Positions 40,617 through 54,256 of a stretch of 64,000 nt of DNA are shown in pieces. The DNA lies in contig OX597816.1 in assembly GCA_951406725.2 (NCBI GenBank), positions 146,940,001 through 147,004,000 of the forward strand, in the 5' to 3' direction. How positions within the stretch are numbered: position 1 is the stretch's first letter; each line of letters opens with the position of its first letter. The notes beneath the pieces are model-generated. The model had not been told where the DNA came from. It was given only the letters and a program-made list of their open reading frames with translations, and ran no database searches. The DNA comes from Octopus vulgaris (Eukaryota). The translations under genes and the position numbers were made by a program.

Positions 40617-41377
40617 GCATATATATATAGAGAGAGAGGGGGAGGGAGAGAGAAAAGAAGGGAAATATGGAGATGTGTTTATATATGTGAAGACGATGTA
40701 CATATCTACGCACGTGCATGTATAAAAATACGTGCATCTATATGCAGCTATATTGTTGTGCATATATATATTCATATAACATTCGAGATATTGAAGCTTT
40801 CGCATGCTGAATCCCTATACCTAGCCTTAGACTCCAGGCAGTCTCTCGCTTTTATTGTTGTATTTCTAGAAGTAAATGTGACATTTCTTATTATAGCACC
40901 AACTTTATGCATAGTATTGGTAACTGGATACCGTTGCAAGTTTATCTAGTAACTACTGTCTCATTCTGAAAGTAAAACATCGATATTTCAGCTGCACTAT
41001 CGACACAGATATATTGTAGAATGAAGAGAAATGGTGAAAGAGAATATGAATAAGGTGAGAGATAAAAAGAGAGAGTGAGATAAAGAATAATCAGTGGTAT
41101 GGCAGCATCCTCGCCTAGCGTATTCTAATTAGACATCTGGACATGCCTGGTCCTGTTTAAGCTGTCATGTTACAGTCATGATATCTATTGGTATGTATTT
41201 AATGAAGCGGCGTTTCAAATTGAAATGTGTAGAAGTGGTGTTGGGCTGTGAGAAGGTAGAAAGAAAAATTGTGAGTGCTGCAAAGCAGAAATTGTAGATT
41301 TTATGATTGTTCACTTGATGTAAGCGAAATGGATATGCTTCTGTACCTATATGCATGCATACGCATGCAAACATTTG

Positions 41378-41467
<90 letters not shown>

Positions 41468-41516
41468 ATATATTTATATATATGCACGCATACATATATG
41501 TGTGTGTATACGTATA

Positions 41517-41570
<54 letters not shown>

Positions 41571-41628
41571 TACATGCACAAACGTGTGGTTGTAAGCATA
41601 CATACATACAGCCATAAATACATGTGTG

Positions 41629-41663
<35 letters not shown>

Positions 41664-42762
41664 TCAGGCATGTGTATGTATATGTTGACATACGTGCAAA
41701 CGTAGACGCCTGTATGTATGGTTCGACACACACAGTTACACAGTCATAGTGATATAGAAAGAAAGGGGGAAACGGAGATAAACACAGAGAATAAAGATAT
41801 ATGGCAAAGAGAAAAATGTGAATAGAAATTGTGGAGATTAAATTTTATTATTCCAGCATTCAGGTATTCCTTGATTTGATATTCTTGACAGGAAATCGAA
41901 GGATACTACGTTTAATGTTTACCAGTGGCCATGGACATTATAAGACTCTTGGGAATAGTAAAGCTATCTGATAGAATTTCTTCGACTGCATATGCATCAG
42001 CAGTGTCGACGAGTTGGGGAATATGTGCCGAAGTAACAGCATTTCACAAAGAAATGGAAAACGCATAAGAACAACAAATACAGATACAGAGCACCAAAGA
42101 TAAAAACAAAAAATAGCGAATGTAACAATGGTTATGACGGCAATAACGGCACCAGAATAAAAATATAAAAGAACACTATTAGGAATGGTTATGCTAATCT
42201 GCGAGTTGTATATAAATGTCTGTATGCATATAGAAGCGTTACCTGCAGACAGATCATATACATTTATCAATGTAGAGCTGCGGGAGCGACCAGTGCAGCG
42301 GTCAACGCAACAGCAGATGAATTTTAAAGAATGTTCAGTCAGTTAATGTGTCCTCGGAGAAATCAAATTAATGGAGTTTTAAAATCCTTATTCCCCATAG
42401 ACCTTTCTGGAAAGTGGTAGGAAATTACAAGTTTTAGTTTGGTAACTTTTAAGAAAACGTCTTTCATTTTTTTTTCATTTCTTTATATGTTGATATTTTA
42501 AAATTCTATTGATTCCGTCTTTCCATTAGAAATTTTTAGCCTGTTGGAGTTTGTGCTTTATATAGATTACAGATACCTCGTAGTACAATAGAAAATATAA
42601 CAAACATATTAATGGTTCCTGAATATGCTATATTTTATAAAGAGTCAGTTAAAATGTTTCCTTTCTCAGGAGAAAATAACAACATAACAATATGATTTAG
42701 CGTTTGTTGGACGTTAAAATATATTGAACTAAATATTGTTTTACAATCGTCGAGGTATGTGG

Positions 42763-42825
<63 letters not shown>

Positions 42826-42987
42826 TGTGTGTGTGTGTGTGTGCGTGTGACTGAAGCTATTATATATTAAATATAAATTATATTTTGGAAGAAAGAGTTG
42901 TTTAAATGAAGAAAGTTTACCAAAAATCAGAAACAACATATAAACGACTCCTGATAACTTGTATCCACCCCGAATGAATTTATACCT

Positions 42988-43214
42988 ATTTCTTTATTAC
43001 CCACAAGGGGCTAAACACAGAGGGGACAAACAAGGACAGACATAGGTATTAAGTCGATTACATCGACCCCAGTGCGTAACTGGTACTTAATTTATCGACC
43101 CCGAAAGGATGAAAGGCAAAGTCGACCTCGGCGGAATTTGAACTCAGAACGTAGCGGCAGACGAAATACCGCTAAGCATTTCGCCCGGCGTGCTAACGTG
43201 TCTGCCAGCTCGCC
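42988..43214 (-). mobile_element. Young family A SINE with an alternative 3' tail and an 18-20 bp TSD
   Basis: Near-consensus sequence; ccccgaatgaatttatacct occurs at 42968-42987 and 43213-43232. Confidence 0.95.
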
Positions 43215-43329
43215 CCGAATGAATTTATACCTCCATCATTTCCCCACCGCCCCAGTTTTCCCAATTACTACAACTACTGCTGCTAATACTCCTCCCTCCT
43301 CCTCTTCCTCCTACTCTTACTCCTGCTGC

Positions 43330-43650
43330 TGCTGCTACTACTACTTAGGAAGTCATCATTGATAAGACGTATGGGAAGAGAAATCCCTACAATGTCGGCT
43401 GAGACCAATATTTCTGATTCTTTGGACAAGGAACCAGAAGTGATAGCAGCGCTTTGAGAGTCGAGAAATTGTGATACATGAAGACGTTCTTTGCAAACTT
43501 GATAGTCATCATGATTGATAGTCATCATGAAACATGAGCGCAGTCGTCTGAAGACGTCTGTTCTGAGGAGATTTTCAAGTCGTTGCAGGAGTTCATTTTT
43601 TGGCCCAAACAGCAACGCAGTTACCAGTGGGCGACTTGGTGTATGTGCGT
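43330..43650 (-). pseudogene. Possible decayed LINE coding remnant
   Basis: Complex open stretch ELLQRLENLLRTDVFRRLRS...GISLPIRLINDDF ending at a trinucleotide tract; family not securely recognised. Confidence 0.3.
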
Positions 43651-43888
43651 GTTTGAGAGTTTTTATGTTTATAGGGATATGCATTAGGGGTTGGTTTCCC
43701 TCACCCACCAAAGGTAATGAAAAATCTATACATGGTTTCACTCGACCAGTTTCTATTTACCTCCAGTGAATCGGAATTGAGGCACGGGTAATGTCAAAGA
43801 TAATTTATATGAAACTAACTGAGCTCCGAACTGATTTAAAGGGATATAGGGTCAAGCACGAAGGCCTACTCAAACAAAATGATGAACT

Positions 43889-43990
43889 AAGGCATCGTCG
43901 CCTTGCAGAATCGTTAGCGCACTGGGTTCGATGTAATCGACTTAACTCCGACTCGAAATTGCTGGCCTAGCACCAGAATTTGAAACCCTT
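43889..43990 (+). mobile_element. Internally deleted family A SINE
   Basis: Head gcagaatcgttagc joined directly to actgggttcgatgtaatcgact..gaaattgctggcc..tttgaaac. Confidence 0.7.
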
Positions 43991-44419
43991 ATTATTATTT
44001 TCTATGTTTGTGCCCGATGTGCATAAAATTCCAAAAAAATTATTTCTTTTCACGCTCCGATAAACAAACATACGGCAATATGAAAATGCATCCAACTGCT
44101 TCAAACAAATCAAGCCACTGATTCTAACAATCATTTCAACATGGCCCAAGATATTTGTGCTGTTATCGCAGAGGTCTTTGATTTGTTTCCAGTGGGATGT
44201 ACATTCTCACTGGGAAGCAAGGCATATGGTAAACTCTAAAGAAAAATAAATGCTTCTTCACTGACAACTATCGATCTATTGCTCTAGTTTCTAACATTAC
44301 TCACGTCTTAACAATAGCGTTCTTCACTTACTTGCTCTTCATCGTTTCCATAGAATCACATCCATTGTAGATATATGGTTTTAATTACTAACCTGTCAGT
44401 TCTCTCTTTAGAGATATTG

Positions 44420-45130
44420 ACCAAAGCAATATTGCTACGCTATACATTACTACAATATACAATCGTGTCTCGCATGCAAAATAACCATCAAGCTCATTTC
44501 TTGGATTGATAGCTCTTCTTATATCCCATAACTTTAAGATATTTTGACGGAGCTCTTTCTTTCCCTTGAACTAATAACTCTGCTGTTATCCAGTGTTCGA
44601 TGTTGGTTCCTGTTCTCTTCTTCCTGTACATACGCCACATTCTACAACACCTCTATTTATGCTGACGGCAAAACCCTTCATTCTTCACAAAAAAAAATCC
44701 ACAATCACAGGTTATTCACATTCCGCCTAAACATCACAAACCAAACATACATTGATTTTATGAACGATTATAAATGTATTTTCCATTGGGATAAGAGCTA
44801 GCATAACTCGATTCACAGCAAAATAATCGCAATAATATCTCATATCAAGAAAGCACTATCAATATGAGCAGCACTCAGCTCAAAGTCTGAACATCACTAG
44901 CGCCGAGGATATTTTCTGGCAAAAACACACCCTTTGTGTTGCTAGGGCCGCATCACAAACACTGGCCCTTCACTGCAGGGCCAGAAAATTTGTCAACTTT
45001 CAACAGCGTCGGAGTCTATGCAAGGTACTAGTGAGCTCATAGTGGAGTACTGTTCTCACATTTGCTATTCGCACCAATATCTTGCGCCACATACAGAAAT
45101 GTAACTTGCCTTTCTGGAATATTATAACTA
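44420..45130 (+). pseudogene. CR1/L2/Jockey-group LINE RT relic
   Basis: NSAVIQCSMLVPVLFFLYI (SGVPQGSVL.P.LFLLYI), SIYADGKTLH (YADD), VARAASQTL, VEYCSHI. Confidence 0.65.
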
Positions 45131-45330
45131 ACCAGCATTAGCTGATAATAAGAAAATGCTTGCGCGTACACACACACACACACGCACATACACACATGTG
45201 TATATACTGATACACATATACATAAATACACACACACATATATATGACAAATAGTAGAGACGGAAAATGGAATATACGAGAAACTTTACTGGTGATACAC
45301 ACACATACATACATACATACATACATACAT

Positions 45331-45390
<60 letters not shown>

Positions 45391-45447
45391 CTAAATGTAT
45401 GGATAAGCAAGTTAGAAAGATCAGTATATAAAGTACAGAATTCTGAC

Positions 45448-45556
45448 AGTTACGACGACGAGAGTACCAACTGATATTATCAACGGAAAGTGCAAGTGGC
45501 TGATCACTCCACAGACACAAGTACTCATAAGGGTAGTTCTCAGGGAGATTCAGCTT
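45448..45556 (-). mobile_element. Family D SINE 3' fragment
   Basis: ttacgacgac..ctgata..atcaacggaa...gttctcagggagattcagc matches 57657-57770. Confidence 0.65.
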
Positions 45557-45874
45557 GCCACGCGCTTTCACCATATAAACTATGTTAACTGCATGAAATA
45601 CAAAAAATGTCTGTTTACAAACGAAAATGTCCGACTTACACTGAATGCAAATGATAACCTCCTTAATTTTCTATATCATTTGTATTCTGTGTAAGTCGGA
45701 TATTTTTACATATGTACATTTTTTGTATTTAATATACTTTATATATTGATCTGTATAACTTGCTTATCCCTAAATTTAATTCTATACCCGCTGAAGTTGA
45801 AATCTCTTGAGTACTAATAAGTGTATTCTATACGGAGAACATCTGGTTCGCATTTTGAACTATGCGCACAGACA

Positions 45875-45952
<78 letters not shown>

Positions 45953-45956
<4 letters not shown>

Positions 45957-46753
45957 AGGTCTGATCTATAAGTATCCGGACTGTGGCTATAGTAAAACAC
46001 GTAGAGTGAAGCCGGTCGGCGCAAATTGACCTTGAAATGTGTTGTGCATGCGCTTTAAATTTTAACGTCCTAGCTCACTTCCGCTGTTTACAGCAGTGCT
46101 TGCAATGAAGGTGTGTAGCGTGTGATCGTCATATTGACCATGACAGACAAACTTGTCACGGCGATACTTGCTCAGAAGCCTACGCAAAGTTGCAGCAAGT
46201 GTATGGAGAGGATCTGCACACAAGTGTATGAGTGATTGAGGCGTTTCTAAGACGGCTTGAAAAATAATGTCGACATTGACGAATGTTCTGGGAGACCCGC
46301 AACCAGAAGATATGAGAAAAATATCGCAGATATGCGTGCAACTGTGAGGGGAACTCGTCGAATCACCATCCGTTCAGGTCAGTGAGTTATCACTGAGGAG
46401 TTGTGTATGAGACGCGTATCTGCCAAGTTTGTGCCAAAACTGCTTTCTGCTAACCAAGAAGACTCTAGGTTTCAGTTGCACAAGATCTTGATTGTGTCGA
46501 GAAAATTTTTTGAAAACTTTGCATAGGCCTCTGAGCGAGTATCACCCGGCTTTTAGCAAAACTCGATGCGGAATCTCTGCTCAACTTTCTCTTCCATGTT
46601 AAACACCTGTAAAGAGTGGAACAGAGGTAGAACGCTGACACTTAGGGCGCCTGCACAGTAAAATGCAAGGTCAGTTTTTGTCAAGCAGCTTTATACTCCG
46701 TGCTGTAGCTTCGTTGCTATAGCAACAGTCCGGATACTTATTGATCAGAATGC

Positions 46754-46755
<2 letters not shown>
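45953..46755 (+). mobile_element. Non-autonomous mariner derivative (about 800 bp)
   Basis: TIRs tctgatctataagtatccggactgtggctatag / ctatagcaacagtccggatacttattgatcaga; N-terminal transposase remnants (DECSGRPAT, MRRVSAKFVPKLLS); no catalytic domain. Confidence 0.9.
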
Positions 46756-46810
<55 letters not shown>

Positions 46811-47657
46811 TACAAGTGAGTGTGTGTTTGTGTGTGCTTGTGTATGTGTGTGTGAGTGTGTGTGTTGTATAAAAAAATGGCATATCGTGATCAAAAATGT
46901 ATTTCCGTGATTAACATTGGTACTTTAGCGTCAAGAATCGCTTCTAGTGCTTCGTCCATGCAGCCGAGTTCTTTGTCGATATGTTTTATATCTGAAACGT
47001 CTAATATTTCTTCTCTAAATCGAAGATTTTTTTTACCATAATGAGAAAATTAACGGTTCTTGTAGTTCGAGGGAGAAAATTTAGAACTAGGGTAACAGGC
47101 ATACATTATTATAACATGACAGGATTTGAGTGCGAAGAAATATTTATATGAATCAATCCACGTAAATTGCAGAGCAGATAAGTAATTTTAGCGTTGACTT
47201 TTCACTGGGGTTTAAAACAAGTATAAAAATCGTAATGAACCGACGCTTTAGGTATGGTTCTTAGCTCTTCGCTTTGTTATTCTTACAGCACAAACATTAA
47301 AATAAAAGAAACAGAAAATGAGCCTGTTCAGTAACTACCTCTTTGGTTCAGTGCCTATCAATCCACCATTACCATTAAGGAACAAGATAAAGTAGCTAAG
47401 TTAGAAAAATACGAGAATGGATCTTGATCTTGATCAGATAAGAAAGAAAACACCTATTCAAGCTTACAGAATTTTTTTTTTTTTTTATAACGAAAACATT
47501 AAAAGTAAATTTGGTACATTATTACGTCATGCAGAATTTACGATCTTCATTTACATACAGATTATTTATGATGTAACCGAAAAGAAGCCACGTAAGCTTT
47601 CATTAGAGCACTGCAAAAACAAAACTCACAACCAGCCCATCCACGCACCCCAAAGCC

Positions 47658-48038
47658 CGTCACCTTTGGCAAGTGTTTTCTACTATACTCCCGAGACAAC
47701 CAAATCTCTTTGCAAGGAAATGCTGGCAGGAAACTGAAATAAGCAAGTCGAATACAGGTTGAATATACCTACATAAAACATACATGTGTGCGTGTGTCTG
47801 TGTGTGTGTATGTGTGTGTGTGTAACTGTAAGGACAAGCAACTTAGGCAAGTCGATATACAAAAAATATTTAAAATATTTTATGCAAAAATTTATCTCTG
47901 TTTACATATAAAATGGCCCAACTTACACGGAATTAAAGGGGTCGAAGTGGATTTTATATACGGAGAATACTTGTCTCTATGTGTATGTGTGTGCGTACGC
48001 ACGTGGGTGTTTGCGTGCATGTGCACGTGCGTGCGCAC

Positions 48039-48099
<61 letters not shown>

Positions 48100-48300
48100 A
48101 GTCTCTATGTTTGTCCTATACCATTGTTTGGTACCCGGTACTGGTTTGTAGACGTTATCTTAATGGTTCTGCAATAGAGAGTGATAGAATAAGTGCCGGA
48201 TTTTAAAAGAAAACAGGTAAATACTGGGCTCGATTCCTTCGGCTAAACCTGTTACGCGCTACTCAAGGATGGCCACAGTAAGTTGGCAAAAATAAGTAAT
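47658..48300 (+). mobile_element. Decayed family B SINE with expanded centre
   Basis: cacctttggcaagtgttttctactata...ggaaactgaaataagc, then microsatellites, then the 3' module gatagaataagtgccgg...atggccacag. Confidence 0.6.
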
Positions 48301-49474
48301 AACGTTCATATGCTTTTTAAAAATAAGTTATTATCATATGTTGTTTGAATGGTGGGTAAGGTAATAACAATGTATATCTTTCCTTTTGTACAATTATTGT
48401 AGCTAATTTGTAATCAACTTTAGAGTGATTGTAATGCAGTTTAATAATGAATTGAATTGTCTTCCCAGGAAGAAAAAAGCACGAAAAAAGTCACTCTTAT
48501 TGAAGAAGTTTATAGGCAATTACGGACGTATATATAAATACGAGTGTGTACTCTTTCGTGTGTGTGAGTATGTTTATGTGTGTTTGTCTGTGGGAGAGAG
48601 AGAGAGGAGGGAGAAAGCGGAGGGGCGGTCGGGTGGGTATGCATGTTTGTTAGTAAATGTTGTTTGTGCAAATACAGGTATATTTTAGAGAAAACCCCAC
48701 CTATTCGAATTAAACTGCTTTGAAACAAACATTGTAGTTTCTATATGGTCAGATTAAACACAAGAAAATGCCCCAACATCCTTTCTCCTGTCTATTACTG
48801 TCTTGAACGTTATAAGGACATATTCATGTTATTGTCGTATAACTCATATATCTGCATGAACAATAGTGTGTACCTGTATGTATGAATTTGTGTATATGCA
48901 TGCATATATACACGTGCACAGGCATCCACACTTACATACACGTAAAGGTATATTTATATAAGCATGCGTGTGACTACGTACGTGTGTTTGCGAGTATGTG
49001 TGTGTATGTGTGTGTGCATATGGGTGCGTGTATATATGTATATGTTTCTGTGTATACTACGAGTGTGTTGGTTTGTTGCTTAAACCTGAACCAGCATAAA
49101 CATAACCCCGTGATTGAGAAACATGCTTTGAAGGCATGAAATCGATCAATTGTATATCATTGTACCATTGACAAGCGTTATTTATAACCATTACCTAGGG
49201 TCAGCCTAAGTCTTTTCATTGAGTTTGCAAAGACGGAACCCTTACGTATTCCCATTCCACTACCTAGGAGTCTTTTACAAAAGATTACTATTGTCATGCT
49301 GTGTCATATCAGTTCTGCCTGAAGATTAGATTGAGGACACAATTATCGATATAAATATGAGAATTTTGCACAGCAATGGAATGCGCAGGTAGTTAAGTCG
49401 ATCGATCAACAAGAACACTTATCGTCGGAAGCTAGGGAGAATTTATTAGAAGTGTGTATATTCTATTTAAACCA

Positions 49475-49566
<92 letters not shown>

Positions 49567-51917
49567 ATATATATCTACAACACAATATAAACTATCTTAG
49601 AAGCAGTCGTATATCTTTAGGGTTGCTTTTCATAATTTTCTCCGATACCCTAATGACATTTTTGCTAAATACCGATTTTGAATAGTAATACCACTTATCA
49701 TCTATAGCTTTCAATATCTCTTGAGACTATTTCTCAAGACAGCATGACAAAGTATCTTTATATGCTTTCGTATTCAACTTCATTAGCGTTAATTGGAAAT
49801 ATATTTTCTAGCGGGGTTTCGCTTACATTAACTGTATTTATGCTAATGTCATAAAATTTTTCGTAGACATCATTTCAGTATTGATCTTAATTCATTGTTT
49901 AGCTTTTAGTGTATCTGATATGTCTGTAGTAAACTATAGAGCAGAGACGGAATATCATGGTACATACAGTTTCGTAGAGGTTTATTCATTGAATTTCTGC
50001 AACTCACTTTTATAGCACATACTTTTAGTATAGGTAAAACAATTTTATTCAATTACCCTGTTTGGTACGTCAAACATACACTTTGTTTGCAATAGCTTGC
50101 CTTGTATCCAAATTGGAAATCAATATTAATGAACGATTATGCGGTGAAGTATTATGGACAATTTATTAGTAGGAAAGCTAGAGACTTTCCATCGCTCATT
50201 CGTCACTGCACTTTGCAAATTCGAATGCTGAGATCAAATAGGGTTTTATCCTGCTAGGGGTACAAGGTATTTAATCAATATGTCTATCGTCCCTTATATA
50301 CATTCTTCTTTCCCTTAAGAATCGTTTATCATTGCACATATAAATATTATGTATCATAAATGCACTGTTGTGATAACCTAAACCTAGGCTTCCCATATCA
50401 GCTTTCAGTCGAAGCAGCTCTTGGTACATAAATAAGAATATCAAGGAAGAACTCGTTAGAACTTCGACTCAAACGTCTTGCAAAATCTGGGGCCTATATG
50501 GCAGCTGAAAATGAATTGATATTATTGCACTTCTGAAATGACGACAATACTTGCCTGACTAATTACGTTACTTCATGACATTGCAACGTCTCATTTCTAA
50601 TCTCAGCGGGTTTGGTTTTGAATTTCATCGTTCCGAGATCGATAATGTAAGTGTAAATGATATATTGCCGCTGAATCGATCCAACGTTCCCTTTCTTCAC
50701 GAACATCTAGTAAGTAATCAATATTATTCAATGTCGATAATCGTACACCAGTATAATTATCTATTTCTTCTATCTGATAAAAATACACGCAATGACATGA
50801 GTGAACGCTTCAATGAAAATTATGTACAGTAAAATTTGCATAATTGATTTTAAGATATTGTTTTCCTCTTAAGTGAATATTAGGTGATTTGGCTTCAGAA
50901 CTACAGTGTTCGGGAGATTGCATGATTGTCGTAAAGAATTGTTTCTGTTTAATGAATATCTATTACTGAAAAATCCATGATTGTTACTAAATCGCATTTC
51001 ACTAACTTCTACTATGTATGGTTTTCTAAGTAAATAAGATATCAATATTCAACTTAACGTAACACAAGTCTTCACGACATTTTGACATGTAGTTCACATA
51101 TTCGGAAAGACATATTAGCCAATGTACATGCCAAAACAAGTTGATATATTTACATTCTAACAGAAACATTATCCTCAGTTGTTATCAAACTGCTGTCGAG
51201 AAAACTTTACATTTCGTCCAATGTCACTTGAAGTTAATTCGACGCAACAGCTAACATTCTCAAACATGCGTAAACTTATAATGACATTCATATAATTCTT
51301 TTCATGTGGATTGATACAGTAAATTTCGTCGGTTCACTCATTTGCTGATATATTATTTTGTAATGTAACCTAGCAGCCTGTGCATTTGTCAGACATACAT
51401 ATGAGTTGTAAGCTATCTCCACAAAAGTAAAGTGTATATTATATGTCTGGCAAGTGTTCATCTATATACTGACAGGAAGAGAAACGATTCCAACAAGAAT
51501 TGAGTATAACGTACATACACCTAGGAACATATATCCAAGGAAATACACACACACACACACACACACACATAATTAGAGATTTATACATATAAATATAATA
51601 TTCATACACGCAAGCATATCCACTCTTGATATATATCACTGATTTACGAGACACGGCTTATATGAAGATTCAGATGCTTTTAGAACACTCTCTACAGTAC
51701 CGTGGAAATAGAACATCACGCGGCTATTATATGTTTAAAAACTGACTGCAAGAAATACGTGTACATTCAGAGGAGACTGAATAAATTATGTATTCATTTC
51801 AATTGATAACTTAAGCTTATTTTCAAGTTCCGCAGAATTAGCTTCCTATGTACACTTATAATAACATCCCTTGAAACTTCATTTTCTTGTATTCTATGGA
51901 ATACAAGAGTGCTTAAC

Positions 51918-52099
51918 ACAAAAGAGTTACATTATTTACATTATTTGCATTCGACGGATATTTGTCCTCATCTTGTTTGTTGTTATCACAAACAAGTGTT
52001 AACAACAAACAAGATGTGGACAAATATCCGTCGAATGTAAATAATGTAAATAATGTACAGAATTCCTCATCTATTAAATGTAAAGCTACAAAAGAGTTA
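51918..52099. mobile_element. Fold-back insertion: 62-bp inverted arms, 6-nt loop, 12-bp TSD
   Basis: Arms at 51928-51989 and 51996-52057 with 3 mismatches; acaaaagagtta at 51918-51929 and 52088-52099. Confidence 0.85.
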
Positions 52100-53629
52100 T
52101 TTTCGTTATAATTGTAATATATTCATTCCAATGATTTTTACAACGGCACATTTAGCTAACTACATTCATTATAAATTTAATATCATGTGTTGATTTCGAT
52201 GTCCCGAGAAGTGAGAACGAGCGTGCCGGTGTGTTTCTAGTTTTAAATTCCGCATTTTATCACTTTCTGTGACATTGTTTAAACATAAATATCTTCATCC
52301 TTCCTGGTATTTCTTGATGTATAGACGCCGGGTGCCTAAAAATCTACATAATAATCTGTCTGTTCGTTCACCCGTTATACTTTACTTACTTAGAAAAATG
52401 TAGGGGCAATGAGTGAAAGGGGGAGTAAAAGTGAGAGAGAGAGGAGAGGAGTGTGAGTAGAGAAGAAAGAAGTGAGGGAGAATTAGAGAAAGATGTATAA
52501 TAGGCCAAAGGCATCAAGCGGCTAGTTGAAAGGAGAGGCGAAGATCGAGAGAAAAAGACGGTGAGAGAAAAGAGGGAGAGAGAAAAGGGGAAGGGAGAAG
52601 TGTTAGCGACGTTTTGGTAGGATGGAGAGGGAAAGGCAAAGGCAAATATGTTTAGGATAAAATATTTAGCTGAGGGTAATATTCTGGTGGTGGGGTTCAG
52701 GAAAGGCAGATAGAAAGAGATGGTCAGAGGAGGTAGTTACATTAAGAGAGAGAGGGGGAGAGAGAGAGGGAGAGAGAGAGAGAGAGAGAGAAAGAGTGGT
52801 GTTGGTGGTGGTGGTGGTGGTGGTGAGTGAGAGAGGAATAGGAAATATGAGAATGAGTAAGAGAACAGCTAGCCAGCCGATGCATTATACTCTCACTCAT
52901 GGAAGAGAGAGACATGAAGCGATTTACATGGTTAAACAGCTTGTTGAAGAGGTAAGAGAGAATTATTAAGTGCTTAGCAGAGAGAAAGTCTAACATCATA
53001 TAATATATTATTGAGAATGGAAGTGAAATAACTTACTAAAATGAAAGTAAGAATGCAAATCAACCATTCTTTCTTAAATAGCTTTTCTTAATCTTGTTCG
53101 TTCTGCGGAATTTCCACGGGTTCCATTAATCTCTATAAATACCTGACTACAAAATCTGTGGTCATGTCATTAAGTAATAATTATATTATTTCCTTCTGTA
53201 GCTTTATATCTATTTTCAAGTTTCTCTTTACCCTCTATTTATAGTGTATTAGAATGTTCCTATTTTTGCTATTTAATTGGTTGTTTTTATTTTCATTAAG
53301 ATCTATCACTAATTACTTTGTACAAAATAAAGCTTCTTTATAGTCGGGCAATAAATATCTTTCCTGTTTGTGTGTGTATGATACTGTTTGTTTGAACGTG
53401 TGTATGTTCGTATATGTGTGCATGCATGTATTTGTGTACGTGTATGTGTGTGTGTATGTGTGTGTCTGTGTGAAATACATTACTAACATAATAGATACAT
53501 AGAGAGAGAGAATGAGAGTGGGAGAATGAGAAAGAGAGAGAGAAAGAGAGAGAACATATATGTGTGTGCATGTGTAGTTAGTTCATCGAATTGAGCTGAT
53601 TCTAACTGTTATTAATATACTTAACTGCT

Positions 53630-53968
53630 AAGGGCGGTGAGCTGGCAGAATCGTTAACAGCCCGGATAAAATGCTACTGTCATTTCGTCCTACTGTACGT
53701 TCTGAGTTCAAATTCCTCCTGGTAGGCTTCGTGTTTCATCCTTTCCGACTTGATAAAATGAGTGCCAGTTGCTTGTTGCTATCGACTTACGCCTTCGTCA
53801 ACCTTGAAATCCCTATCCTGCAATTTGAAATAGATATATGTAAAGCCTTTTAACCAGCCGGCTGGCAGAATCGTTATCACGCCGGGAAAAATGCTAAGCG
53901 TCATTTCATCGACATTCACGTTCTGAGTTCAAATTCCATCGAGATTTACTTTGCTTTTTACCCTTTCA
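53630..53968 (+). mobile_element. Two tandem family A SINEs
   Basis: gctggcagaatcgtta...gttctgagttcaaattcc occurs twice. Confidence 0.85.
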
Positions 53969-54208
53969 TTCTTCTTGTGGTGATGAGTTGTTTTATCTCT
54001 TGCTTCTAGCAATACTGGTGCTGACCAGTGCCTTCAATCACTTTAGTGATGCATGTATTTCTGCTTTACAGATTCTAAAGTCGCGAACAAGCTACTCTTT
54101 ATAATTTATAACTTTCACTTTTACCGTTTAGAAAATCGGCGTATGATTTCTACCTTAATCTTATAAACTGAAAAGGCGAGTTGATGTTGACCCAAGGCGC
54201 TAGCCGAG

Positions 54209-54256
54209 AGTCACTGACGAGCATTAACATAACTGCGAGATCACTGTGATCTGGCT
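54209..54256 (+). ncRNA. Type I hammerhead-like motif (A14G substitution)
   Basis: agtca-CTGACGA-gca(ttaacataac)tgc-GAGA-tcactgtga-TC-tggct: all three helices can pair. Confidence 0.6.

Noticed and set aside
42244-42278. Minus-strand 35-nt exon candidate ending CAG|GTAACG
   Set aside because: Not frame-preserving, no recognisable peptide and no partner exons.
52400-52830. Purine-rich tract as a promoter or triplex element
   Set aside because: Consistent with decayed (GA)n; no independent support.
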